Assembly (NCBI GenBank): GCA_012295275.1
Contig: CM022677.1
Span: 13,206,001 to 13,270,000, forward strand
DNA length: 64,000 nucleotides
From: Chrysomallon squamiferum
Taxonomy: Eukaryota; Animalia; Mollusca
Reading direction: 5' to 3'
The notes under the pieces are model-generated. The model searched no databases and was not told where the DNA came from. It saw only the letters and a list, made by a program, of their open reading frames with translations. Numbering within the stretch: the first letter of the stretch is position 1; each line of letters starts with the position of its first letter. The translations under genes were made by a program, and so were the position numbers. Of the stretch, positions 25,776-36,423 are shown piece by piece.

Positions 25776-27895
25776 CAAAAGGCAAACGACTTTTGACGAA
25801 GACAGAGGTCACTCGTCTGTGGGCTATAGCAAAATCTAAAGCATTTAATAAATTAGCTGAACTAAATGTCCCCTATTCAAAACGACAAGAAAGGTGGCTT
25901 CAGATCAGACGTCAGTATCCAAATATACAAATTCTAAATAACGATTTCTATCAGGCAATTCAGAATATTGGGCAAGACTATAACTCTATTGAAGATTCGG
26001 ACGAAGACGACCCTTTCGGCACCCCTTTATTCTACGATAACGAAGAACAACAAGGAGATTTACACGACTCATCCAGACATCCAGATCAATCAGCTATGAA
26101 ACGACATTCAGCTGAACCATCTGGAGGACCAGATGCAAAGTTTAAAGATAATAAACAATTATCTAATAGAATTTCTCAAGATGTATTAGACAGATCTAAT
26201 GCTAAAGGAACATATTTACAACCTGAAGAATCTGTAATGGAACCGGATTCAATAATGAATGAAGAGGTTACAGATACTGATGGAAGTGAGGCAATTGAAG
26301 GTGCACCTATGGCATCGGCTACTGGTAATAATGTATTATACCAAGGTTTTGGTGGAACTACAAAAGTATTGGATCCTAGATACATTACAATTAAAAAGAC
26401 TTTTAAACGTACGTTTACTAGTACAATTAATTTTACAAAAGAACGAAAAGCAGAAATGAAAATATTAGATAACAATACAGATGATGTAAATTGGAAAAAA
26501 GCAATAGGAGATCCAAATGTTTGCGAGTTTAAATTTAATCATGGTGGACATATTATTCCATATTGGTATAAAGCTGCTAGTACTAAACCAGATGATTGGA
26601 ATTTACCAGATGATTTCATTGGTTATAAAGTTAAACGAATAGGCTTTAATATAAATAATATGATAATTCATGTGTTAAATAATAATAAAACAGATCCTAA
26701 TGAAGTTCCAGTTATGGCACCACCTACTTCACGAGTATGGACATTTACAGATATACATAATGATTACGGTTTACCTGAAAATAATTTAATGTTACATCAT
26801 AACCATTATTTTAGAGATGAAGAATGTATGGATAGTGTTGCTGAACGTAGCATAAAGGTACAACCAGATAGAAAATTATATATGCCTAGTGATATGGCTA
26901 TGCAATTATTAAATCATGCATGGACTGGTACAGACGGTATTAACTATAAAGCTGAATCTCCAAATTATATTTATGATATGAAAAAACATGATGGTTATCG
27001 TGAAACGGTCATTAGTGCAGGTGGTTTTGCATTAGATTATACTTGCAAAGATTCACCATTAATATTATTTCCATCTGAAACTTCACATACATTAAATTTT
27101 ACAGATGTTTCAGGGTTATGTCAAAAATCTAAATATCAATGTGCTAATGAAAACAAAGGTAATTTAGAGGTATGGCCTACACATGATATAATAATTACTG
27201 ACAATTCTAAACATCCAATGGGTACAGCTATATGTTGTTATTTTAATCATCAATATAGACGAATACATTATACAGCATGTTTTCAAAATAAAGCATCTAA
27301 TGTATTAGGTGCACCTTCAATGGTAGATGATGGAGGTACTAAATATAGTAACCAAGGTGTAATGCATAATAATGCGAATAATCCTAATGTTGATGTATGT
27401 AAAGATGGATCACATAGACGTACATATCAATGTAATAGACCTCCTATATTTATGATTGGATTATATCCAGATGTAGAAAAAACTAGTGGAGGAACTACAT
27501 TATATTTTAATTATCATGCAAATATTCAAATCACGTATTTTAGTGAAGTAGAATTTGTGGTTAGAACAGGTATGTGTCCTAAATATATTCCAATTGGATT
27601 GGGTGGATGTCCAGGTAATATGTTAGGACTAACATTCAAACAAAATGAATCTACACCAATGGGCAATAAAGATAACGTTAAACATACAGAACAAGATCAG
27701 TTTTTGGGTGAAACAGAAGCAAAATATAAAGAGAGAATACAAAAAACATGGAAAATGCGATGTTTTGCTCCTGTTTGGGATAATTGGAATAGACGTAGAA
27801 ATAGACGTAGACAATTATGGCCAATTCATGGTGCATATGGAGATAGAACAGTTGAAACAATGGCTAATGCAATGGATTGGTCATATCCAATATAA
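25772..27895 (+). CDS. Unit 2 putative capsid protein (707 aa)
   Basis: Intact; size, position in an ITR-bounded genome, disordered N-terminus and beta-rich core (FKRTFTSTINF, GGHIIPYW, KVKRIGFNINNMII) suggest a jelly-roll VP; no PLA2 motif seen. Function is inferred. Confidence 0.7.
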   Translation: MTKGKRLLTKTEVTRLWAIAKSKAFNKLAELNVPYSKRQERWLQIRRQYPNIQILNNDFYQAIQNIGQDYNSIEDSDEDDPFGTPLFYDNEEQQGDLHDSSRHPDQSAMKRHSAEPSGGPDAKFKDNKQLSNRISQDVLDRSNAKGTYLQPEESVMEPDSIMNEEVTDTDGSEAIEGAPMASATGNNVLYQGFGGTTKVLDPRYITIKKTFKRTFTSTINFTKERKAEMKILDNNTDDVNWKKAIGDPNVCEFKFNHGGHIIPYWYKAASTKPDDWNLPDDFIGYKVKRIGFNINNMIIHVLNNNKTDPNEVPVMAPPTSRVWTFTDIHNDYGLPENNLMLHHNHYFRDEECMDSVAERSIKVQPDRKLYMPSDMAMQLLNHAWTGTDGINYKAESPNYIYDMKKHDGYRETVISAGGFALDYTCKDSPLILFPSETSHTLNFTDVSGLCQKSKYQCANENKGNLEVWPTHDIIITDNSKHPMGTAICCYFNHQYRRIHYTACFQNKASNVLGAPSMVDDGGTKYSNQGVMHNNANNPNVDVCKDGSHRRTYQCNRPPIFMIGLYPDVEKTSGGTTLYFNYHANIQITYFSEVEFVVRTGMCPKYIPIGLGGCPGNMLGLTFKQNESTPMGNKDNVKHTEQDQFLGETEAKYKERIQKTWKMRCFAPVWDNWNRRRNRRRQLWPIHGAYGDRTVETMANAMDWSYPI

Positions 27896-27946
27896 TATGG
27901 CGTATGAATACAGTGATTAGTCTTTTATTAACGTTACGTTCAATTT

Positions 27947-28005
27947 GTCACGTATACCATATTACGTCATAATAATGACGTCATGTAAATAAGTGTATAA
28001 ATAAA
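27947..28005 (+). promoter_or_regulatory. Unit 2 internal NS1 promoter
   Basis: gtcacgt, ttacgtca, tgacgtca, tataaataaa (27996). Equivalents at ~33854-33912, ~39321-39378 and ~41744-41800. Confidence 0.65.
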
Positions 28006-28076
28006 GCAACGTTTGAAAAGTTGTCAGTTGTTACTCATCTTTTACTTAAGCACTTACCAGAAAAAAATTACAGATC

Positions 28077-30257
28077 ATGGATAGATTTGTTGATCTACCG
28101 GATCAGACCTTTTACAGTGTAGTAATTGGTCACCTTAACTACGACATGGTACATCCGAAGTATCTCGTACCAAGATGTCTGGCACGAGATAAGGATGGCA
28201 ATTTCATTTATGCCACTGGAAAACAATACATTAAATCGTATGAAATGGACTTACAGGATCTCTTAGATAAGGTGGTTGACCACTGGTCAACCCCCAATTA
28301 TGAAAATCTTCCTCGTGGCCAGGATCGTGTCATTAATGAATTTAAAGCCTTTTTAAGGAATAAATCCTGGAAAACATTGTTAGTATACCACCAAAAGGAT
28401 TGCCAGTCAAATGTTAACCATCCAACATACGGAACGCATTGCCATGTCATATGGAAAACATCTCTTAAAACACCATCTCAGGACAGGCAGTACAGGCGTC
28501 TACATAGAGCAGTATTAGGCGAAGGTGGATACATGGAGATCATGAAACTACGAGATCCACAAAAGTCTACCATAGAAGATTATATAAAATATTTGATGTC
28601 GGATGATGAAAAACAGTTCTTAGGAACGACAGACGAAGGATTGTTACAGATTTGGAATTCGATTGAAAAAGAGATAAACGAAAATGACACAGATATTCTA
28701 AACATTTTGAAAGATTTTTTCGATGATTCTGCAACAAGCAAATTGAATAAAAACACTAATTGCACGATTAGAAATCCAGTTAAGAAATATGACTCAAATG
28801 TTCAACCATCTACATCAGGATATAAACAAGATGGACTTACAGTAAATGAAGTCAAGAGAGATAACATTATAATACAATCAATGGATATTTCAGACAATGC
28901 TAAAACTATGGATTCAGATAAAATATCCATTCCATCACATCTGATAAATACAAAGTCATCCGATACGCTAGAGTTCTTTTATAACCTTATAAAACAATAT
29001 CCAGATGTGAATAAGTTAAATTTATTAATCAGTAAGTTTGAATCAGGCACAAATGAATTCAAAGCATGATGCAATGCAGTTGCAAATGCTTCTGGTGATA
29101 AACTGTTTAACGCAGCAAGATCTAAATATTTAGAAGAACAGGCAGAAAAAACAGCGTTCGAACAATTAAAATCACTTAACGACAAAATCGACCACTACAT
29201 GACCCCGGATGACAGTTTCAAAATGTTTAATTCGTGGTGCGTCGAACAAGAAATACCAGAACGATGGATGTACAGTTTAATTGTTGGATTATTAAAGGGT
29301 AAAGGAAAGAAAAAAATTGGCGTATATTTCCAGGGAGAATCCGACAGCGGAAAAACGATGCTGTCTAGCTCATTATTCGAATGTGTACCAACAGCAGGTA
29401 AAATTGCCAAGGACAATTTTCCTTGGCAAATGTTGGGCAATAAAAAAATAATTCTAGGTGAAGAAATATCCATAAATCAGAGCAACATCGATAAGTATAA
29501 GGACTTACTAAGTGGATCCAAGGCTACCTGTGAGCGGAAAGGCACGACTCCAGTATATTGTCGAGGTAATCTGTGCTTATTAAATTCCAACAACAAATTT
29601 GGGGATGGTTTAACGACATCACAAATTCGAATAATGAAAACTAGGTTATTTCTCATAGAGGGCTTGAAGAGAAGTAACATTCTCAAACAATCCTATGGAT
29701 TGTTGCATCCAAAACTATTCACGGTAGGTCGTGAACCTACAGATGACGAGATCAATTTAGCTCTTGAGAACGATAGAGAGTACTTTATTAACATTAACAA
29801 CATACATAATAATGACAATTCTTTCGAAGGAAGACTCAGTTACTACCACGATCATTTCGATCCTAGTCAAGATTGTAACGAAGATACTACTGAAACTAAT
29901 ATTAAGAAAGAACTGGTTATAAACACAGAACCTCAATACATTGTCATTTCCGATTCCGAAGATGATACTGTATATAATCCATCTCAAGACTTGTTCCGAC
30001 AGTCACAAAACAAAATGAACAATAACAGTCAACATGATAAAGGAATTAAACGAAAGTTCTACGAAGTAGATACAGAAGATGTATCTGATACAGAATCCAT
30101 AGATCCTCAGTACATCACAGTCGATCACGAACCAGAACATGATAGTCAAAAAAAATTTAAATTTTATATTCCACCGTCGCAACCATTTGAAGCAATGTTT
30201 TCTAACACGATTGAAGAAACACAAATGGATATTTTTGATAAATACAAGAGTGAATAA
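28077..30257 (+). pseudogene. NS1: Unit 2 NS1 with a single in-frame TGA (29067-29069)
   Basis: HUH GTHCHVIW, YIKY, Walker A GESDSGKT, Walker B ILGEE, motif C LLNSNN; ORFs 28077 and 29199 share a frame. Confidence 0.88.
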
Positions 30258-30587
30258 GTTATATAAACATTATAAACTATGTTAATTATTACAGTTATGT
30301 ATTGAAATGTTAATTATATTAAATAAAGGTTAATTAATATATATATATTAAATATTAAAATAAATATTTTAATAAAATATGTTGTTAAAATAGTAATAAA
30401 TGTTATTTGTGTATTATTATATAAAATGTTATGTTAATAATAAAATAAAAATGATTAATAAAACATTAATATTATTGTAAATAATAAACAATATTAATAA
30501 TTATATATATTGTTGTTATTTGTTTAATATAATATTATAAAAATATATTAATTTAACACGTGGTCAAAATTGGTATGATGATATACC

Positions 30588-30907
30588 CCAACTCAACTCT
30601 TGTGCATTTTTTAAAAAACAATGTATAACTTTCCTGGTTTTCTGGTTTTCTGGTCCTAAAAGCCAATGTGTACTTTTAGCCCGAAGGTGACTAGCTCCTT
30701 CGGGCGTAGCCCGAGCCCTACGGTCATAAGCTAAAAGCCAATATGTACTTTAATAGCAGCATAATAGCAGCTTATGGCGGCTATAGCCGCCCTATAGTAC
30801 CATAGTTACATGGCTAAAAGAACATATTGGATTTCAAGACCAGAAAGCCAAAAAGCCAGTCGAGTTATACTTTGTTTTTTCAAAAAATACACAAGAGTTG
30901 GGTTGGG
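30588..30907. repeat. Right ITR of unit 2: composite hairpin with apex B plus a second, different apex (type C)
   Basis: cccaactcaactcttgtg...apex B...then ggcggctatagccgcc-containing apex, and a diverged return arm ending cacaagagttgggttggg. Confidence 0.85.
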
Positions 30908-30986
30908 ATTGTTATTGTAAAAAAAACAAAGTATAACTAAGATTCGTTTTCAGCTTTCTTACACTTAAATCACGTGGTGTGAAAAA

Positions 30987-31227
30987 GGGGATGATGAGAT
31001 ATCCCAACTCAACTCTTGTGTAATTTTTAAAAAACTATGTATAACTTTTCTGGCTTTTTGGTTTTTTGGTCTTAAAAGCCAATATGTACTTTTAGCTTAT
31101 GACCATAGGGCTCGGGCTACGCCCGTAGGAGCTAGTCACCTTCGGGCTAAAACCAAAAAGCCAGAAAAGTTATACATAGTTTTTTAAAAATTACACAAGA
31201 GTTGAGTTGGGATATCTCATCATCCCC
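30987..31227. repeat. Left ITR hairpin of unit 3 (apex B, opposite orientation)
   Basis: ggggatgatgagatatcccaactcaac... / ...gttgagttgggatatctcatcatcccc; apex is the reverse complement of that at 25153-25201; ~30 bp missing from the right arm. Confidence 0.92.
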
Positions 31228-31329
31228 ATTTAATGACACGTGATATATTACGTCATATCCTGTATATTATAATATATATATATATAAATATTATAATATC
31301 TTCATTTGATATTATTTATTGCTTGTAGG

Positions 31330-31682
31330 ATGTTCACAGCATTGGGAATAATAGCTACCGAATTAATTGAGTACGCATTTGATGCATCTGTTGAACTTGC
31401 TACATCTGCTATATTAGACTCAACTGCACCAGCTATAACAGAAATAATAGGAGCTGATAGTATGCTATTAATATAGGAACATCCGTAGTTGAATCGGCTG
31501 TTGAAGGAATATCTGATTATACTAAAAATCAGATCGAACAAGCAATTAATGAATTAGGTGATTTTATAGAATCAGAGAGAAAGGATTTAGATACTGACGT
31601 CACACCTGCTGAACGTAATCAGTTAGAGGCTGAAGAGGACGACAACATATCATATATATATACCCGTACACCTCTTTCATGA
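31330..31682 (+). pseudogene. Unit 3 ORF1, frameshifted
   Basis: MFTALGIIATELIEYAFD...; short deletion at ~31463 (gatagtatgctattaat vs gatagtatattattagaccctgctataaat). Confidence 0.85.
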
Positions 31683-33802
31683 CAAAAGGCAAAAGACTTT
31701 TGACGAAGCCAGAGGTAACGCGTCTGTGGGCTATCGCAAAATCTAAAGCATTTAATAAATTAGCTGAACTAAATGTCCCCTATTCACAACGACAAGAAAG
31801 GTGGCTTCAGATCAGACGTCAGTATCCAAATATACAAATTCCGAATAACGATTTCTATCAGGCAATTCAAAATATTGGGCAAGACTATCACTCTATTGAA
31901 GATTCGGACGAAGACGACCCTTTCGGCACCCCTTTATTCTACGATAACGAAGAACAACAAGGAGATTTACACGACTCATCCAGACATCCATATCAATCAA
32001 CTATGAAACGACATTCATCTGAACCATCTGGAGGACCGGATGCAAAAGTTAGAGATAATAAACAATTATCTAACAAGGTTTCTCAAGATGTATTAGACAG
32101 ATCAAATGCTAAAGGAAAATATTTACAACCTGAAGAATCAGTGATGGAACCGGATTCAATAATGAATGAAGAAGTTACAGATACTGGTGGAAGTGAAGCA
32201 ATAGAAGGTGCACCTATGGCGTCCGCTACTGGTAATAATGTATTATACCAGGGTTTTGGTGGAACTACAAAAGTATTAGATCCTAGATACATTACGATTA
32301 AAAAGACATTTAAACGTACATTTACTAGTACAATTAATTTTACAAAAGATAGAAAAGCAGAAATGAAAATATTGGATAATAATACAGATGATGTTAATTG
32401 GAAGAAAGCCATAGGAGATCCCAATGTTTGCGAATTTAAATTTAATCATGGAGGACATATTATACCTTATTGGTATAAAGATGCCAGTACAACTCCAGAT
32501 GATTGGAATCTACCAGACGATTTTATTGGATACAAAGTAAAAAAGATAGGTTTCAATATAAATAATATGATCATTCATGTATTGAACAATAACAAAACAG
32601 ATCCTAACGAAGTTCCAGTTATGGCTCCACCTAATTCACGAGTTTGGACATTTACAGATATTAACAATGACTATGGATTACCAGAAAATAATTTAATGTT
32701 ACATCATAATCATTTCTTCAGAGATGAAGAATGTATGGACAGTGTAGAAGAACGTAGCATAAAAGTACAACCAGATAGAAAATTATACATGCCTAGTGAT
32801 ATGGCCATGCAATTATTAAATCATGCATGGACTGGTACAGATGGTATTAATTACAAAGCTGAATCTCCGAATTACATTTATAACATGAAGAAACACGACG
32901 GTTATCGTGAAACTGTTATAAGTGCAGGTGGTTTTGCATTAGATTACACTTGCAAAGATTCACCGTTAATATTATTTCCAACCGAAACGTCTCATACTTT
33001 AAACTTTACAGACGTTTCGGGTTTATGTCAGAAATCTAAATATCAATGTGCTAACGAAAACAAAGGCAATTTGGAGGTTTGGCCCACACATGATATAGTT
33101 ATTACTGATAATTCTAAACATCCCATGGGTACAGCTATATGTTGTTATTTTAATCATCAGTACAGAAAAATACATTATACAGCATGCTTTCAAAATAAAG
33201 CATCTAATGTATTAGGTGCACCGTCCATGGTAGATGATGGAGGTACTAAATACAGTAACGCAGGTGTAATGCATAACAATGCTAATAATCCTAACGTTGA
33301 TGCATGTAAAGATGGATCACACAGACGTACTTATCAATGTAATAGACCTCCAATATTTATGATAGGTTTATATCCAGATATAGAGAAAACTAGTGGAGGA
33401 ACTACATTATATTTCAATTATCATGCAAACATTCAAATCACCTATTATAGTGAAGTAGAATTTGTTGTTAGAACTGGGATGTGTCCAAAGTACATTCCCA
33501 TCGGATTAGGTGGATGTCCAGGTAATATGTTAGGATTAACTTACAAAGAAAAAGACGTTACACCAATGGGTAACAAAGATAATGTTAAACATACTGAACA
33601 AGATCAGTTTTTAGGTGAAACTGCTGAAAAGTATAAAGAAAGAATACAGAAAACATGGTTGATGCGTTGCAGAGCACCTATCTGGGATAACTGGAATAAA
33701 CGTAGAAATAGACGTAGACAGTTATGGCCAGTACATGGTGCTTATGGTGACAGAACAGTTGAAACCATGGGCAATTCAATGGATTGGTCATATCCAATAT
33801 AA
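31679..33802 (+). CDS. Unit 3 putative capsid protein (707 aa)
   Basis: Intact and colinear with the unit 2 protein. Confidence 0.7.
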   Translation: MTKGKRLLTKPEVTRLWAIAKSKAFNKLAELNVPYSQRQERWLQIRRQYPNIQIPNNDFYQAIQNIGQDYHSIEDSDEDDPFGTPLFYDNEEQQGDLHDSSRHPYQSTMKRHSSEPSGGPDAKVRDNKQLSNKVSQDVLDRSNAKGKYLQPEESVMEPDSIMNEEVTDTGGSEAIEGAPMASATGNNVLYQGFGGTTKVLDPRYITIKKTFKRTFTSTINFTKDRKAEMKILDNNTDDVNWKKAIGDPNVCEFKFNHGGHIIPYWYKDASTTPDDWNLPDDFIGYKVKKIGFNINNMIIHVLNNNKTDPNEVPVMAPPNSRVWTFTDINNDYGLPENNLMLHHNHFFRDEECMDSVEERSIKVQPDRKLYMPSDMAMQLLNHAWTGTDGINYKAESPNYIYNMKKHDGYRETVISAGGFALDYTCKDSPLILFPTETSHTLNFTDVSGLCQKSKYQCANENKGNLEVWPTHDIVITDNSKHPMGTAICCYFNHQYRKIHYTACFQNKASNVLGAPSMVDDGGTKYSNAGVMHNNANNPNVDACKDGSHRRTYQCNRPPIFMIGLYPDIEKTSGGTTLYFNYHANIQITYYSEVEFVVRTGMCPKYIPIGLGGCPGNMLGLTYKEKDVTPMGNKDNVKHTEQDQFLGETAEKYKERIQKTWLMRCRAPIWDNWNKRRNRRRQLWPVHGAYGDRTVETMGNSMDWSYPI
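31773..32006 (+). CDS. Unit 3 overprinted 77 aa basic ORF
   Basis: Alternate frame inside the VP N-terminus; same start offset and length as 37228..37461. Confidence 0.6.
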   Translation: MSPIHNDKKGGFRSDVSIQIYKFRITISIRQFKILGKTITLLKIRTKTTLSAPLYSTITKNNKEIYTTHPDIHINQL

Positions 33803-33983
33803 TAATGCGTATGAATACAGTGATTAGTCTTTTATTAACGTTACGTTAATTTTGTCACGTAAGCCATATTACGTCATACATATGACGTCATGTATATAAT
33901 GGTATAAATAAAGGAACGTTTTAAAAGTTGTCAGTTCTTACTCATCTTTGAATATAACTACATACGATAATATAAATACAGTG

Positions 33984-36161
33984 ATGGATAGATTTGTAGA
34001 TCTACCGGATCAGACATATTATAGCGTAGTAGTTGGTCATTTAAATTATGACATGGTACACCCTAAGTATCTCGTGCCCAGATGTCTTGCACGAGATAAA
34101 GATGGCAACTTCATCTACGCTACAGGAAAGCAATATATCAAATCCTATCAAATGGACGTACAAGATTTATTGGACAAAGTGGTTGACCATTGGTCAACGC
34201 CAAATTATGAGCAACTATCTCGTGGACAAGACAGAGTAATTAATGAACTGAAAGCCTTTTTGAGAAACAAGTCATGGAAAACACTTCTTGTATACCATCA
34301 AAAGGAATGTGAGTCTGTTGCAAATCATACCACTTATGGTACACACTGTCACATAGTTTGGAAGACAACACTTAAAACACCTTCACAGGATCGACAGTAC
34401 AGAAGACTTCACAGAGCGATTTTAACTGAAGGTGGATATATGGAAATAATGAAATTAAAAGATCCTCAGAAATCATCATTAGAACATTATATCAAGTACC
34501 TAATGAATGATGATGAAAAACAGTTCTTAGGAACAACTGATGAAGGAATGCTACAGACATGGAATGATATTGAGAAAGAATTAAATGAAAACGATAATGA
34601 TATAATGAACTTATTGAGAGATTTTTTTGATGAAGCACAGTCAACGAAACTTAATAAAAACATTATATCCAATATAAGAAATCCGGTGAAAAAACAGACC
34701 TCTAATGATGCACCATCAACATCCGGATATAACAAACATGGAATGACTGCAAATGATGTAAAACGAGAAGATGTGATCATACAAGCGATGGATACAACAG
34801 AAACTGTAAACCTTGATACAACTGATAAAATATCAATTCCGTCTCATTTAATCAACACTAAGTCATCGGATACACTTGAATTCTTCTACAAATTGATAAA
34901 GCAGTATCCAGATGTCAATAAGTTAAACCTACTTATCGGTAAATTTGAGTCAGGCAGCAATGAATTCAAAGCACTCTGTAACGCGGTAGCCAATTCATCA
35001 GGAGAAAAACTATTTAAGGCAGCTAGAACAAAATATACAGAAGAACAAGCAGATAAAACAGCTTTTGATCAATTAAAAACAATGAACGACAAAATAGACA
35101 ATTACATGAATCCGGACGATAGTTTTAAAATGTTTAATTCCTGGTGTAGAGAGCAGGAAATACCAGAGAGATGGCTTTACAGTTTGATAGTATCATTATT
35201 GAAAGGAAAGGGCAAGAAAAAAATAGGATTATATTTTCAAGGAGAATCTGACAGTGGAAAGACTATGGTTTCGAGTTCGTTGTTTGAATGTTTACCAACA
35301 GCAGGTAAAATTGCCAAGGATAATTTTCCTTGGCAAATGTTGGGAGGAAAGAAAATAATTCTTGGAGAAGAAATTTCGATTAATCAAACGAACATTGACA
35401 AATACAAAGATTTATTGAGTGGATCGAAAGCGACATGTGAGCGAAAAGGGACAACACCTGTATATTGCAGAGGTAACTTATGTTTATTGAACTCTAACAA
35501 CAAATTTGGCGATGGTCTGACAAGTTCCCAAATACGAATAATGAAAACGAGACTGTATTTGATTGAAGGTTTGAAACGAAGTAACATTCTTAAACAATGT
35601 TATGGACTTTTACATCCAAAGTTATTTGTAGTAGGACGTGAACCTTCAGATGATGAAATGAGTTTATCAATGGAAAATGACAGAGAATACTTCATTAATA
35701 TAAATAACATTCACAACAATGACAATTCGTTTGAAGGACGACTAAGCTATTATCACGATCATTTTGACAATAGCCAGGAAAGTACCCAAATAAATAATGA
35801 CAATATTAAAAGAGATTTAATTGAAAATACAGAACCGGAATACATAGTAATTCCTGATTCCGACGAAGAAAGTGTTTATAATCCGTCGCAGGATATGTTC
35901 ATACATAATCAGAATACATTAAAGCAAGAGAGTCAACATAATACAGGTGTAAAACGAAAACACTACGAAGTTGAGACAGAAGACATATCAGAGGATGATG
36001 AAGTGGATCCTAATTACATAACAATTGATAATGAACCAAATAATATCAGTGATAAACGATTTAAGTTTTACATTCCTCCAACGCAACCATTCGATGCGAT
36101 GTTTACAGATACCATTCAAGAAACCCAAATGGACATTTTCCACAAATATAAGAGTGAATAA
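33984..36161 (+). CDS. NS1: Unit 3 intact NS1/Rep (725 aa; HUH endonuclease + SF3 helicase)
   Basis: MDRFVDLP start shared with other units; GTHCHIVW, YIKY, GLYFQGESDSGKT, ILGEE, KDLLSG..CERKG, LLNSNN; acidic C-terminal tail. Confidence 0.92.
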   Translation: MDRFVDLPDQTYYSVVVGHLNYDMVHPKYLVPRCLARDKDGNFIYATGKQYIKSYQMDVQDLLDKVVDHWSTPNYEQLSRGQDRVINELKAFLRNKSWKTLLVYHQKECESVANHTTYGTHCHIVWKTTLKTPSQDRQYRRLHRAILTEGGYMEIMKLKDPQKSSLEHYIKYLMNDDEKQFLGTTDEGMLQTWNDIEKELNENDNDIMNLLRDFFDEAQSTKLNKNIISNIRNPVKKQTSNDAPSTSGYNKHGMTANDVKREDVIIQAMDTTETVNLDTTDKISIPSHLINTKSSDTLEFFYKLIKQYPDVNKLNLLIGKFESGSNEFKALCNAVANSSGEKLFKAARTKYTEEQADKTAFDQLKTMNDKIDNYMNPDDSFKMFNSWCREQEIPERWLYSLIVSLLKGKGKKKIGLYFQGESDSGKTMVSSSLFECLPTAGKIAKDNFPWQMLGGKKIILGEEISINQTNIDKYKDLLSGSKATCERKGTTPVYCRGNLCLLNSNNKFGDGLTSSQIRIMKTRLYLIEGLKRSNILKQCYGLLHPKLFVVGREPSDDEMSLSMENDREYFININNIHNNDNSFEGRLSYYHDHFDNSQESTQINNDNIKRDLIENTEPEYIVIPDSDEESVYNPSQDMFIHNQNTLKQESQHNTGVKRKHYEVETEDISEDDEVDPNYITIDNEPNNISDKRFKFYIPPTQPFDAMFTDTIQETQMDIFHKYKSE

Positions 36162-36423
36162 ATATATAAACATCATCAATATAGCATTAATATATTAAAA
36201 TATTGTTAACAGTTCAAAATGTTATATATTAAAATGTTGTATTATCATATTAATAAATATATTGTTAAACATATATAATCTTGTTATTATTTGTAATAAT
36301 ATTTGTATAATTGTTAATAATGTAATAAATAATAGTATAGTAATTAATAATATATAAATAAAATAAAAAATAAATAACATGTTATTAAATAATAAACACG
36401 TGGTTAAAATCGGATGATGAGAT

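Noticed and set aside
26176-26475. Antisense ORFs in VP and NS1 (also 32083, 37703, 34487, 39954) suggesting an ambisense genome
   Set aside because: Starts and lengths vary between units and no conserved initiation is seen; likely shadows of the sense frame.
33948-33983. Upstream non-ATG starts in the ORF track (33948, 39319, 22437) and the ATG at 25389
   Set aside because: Cross-unit conservation begins at MDR (NS1) and MFT (ORF1).
33984-36161. NS1 as a Helitron RepHel or CRESS Rep
   Set aside because: Helicase motifs are SF3 (not PIF1/SF1), and long flip/flop ITRs fit linear rolling-hairpin genomes; phylogeny is still needed.
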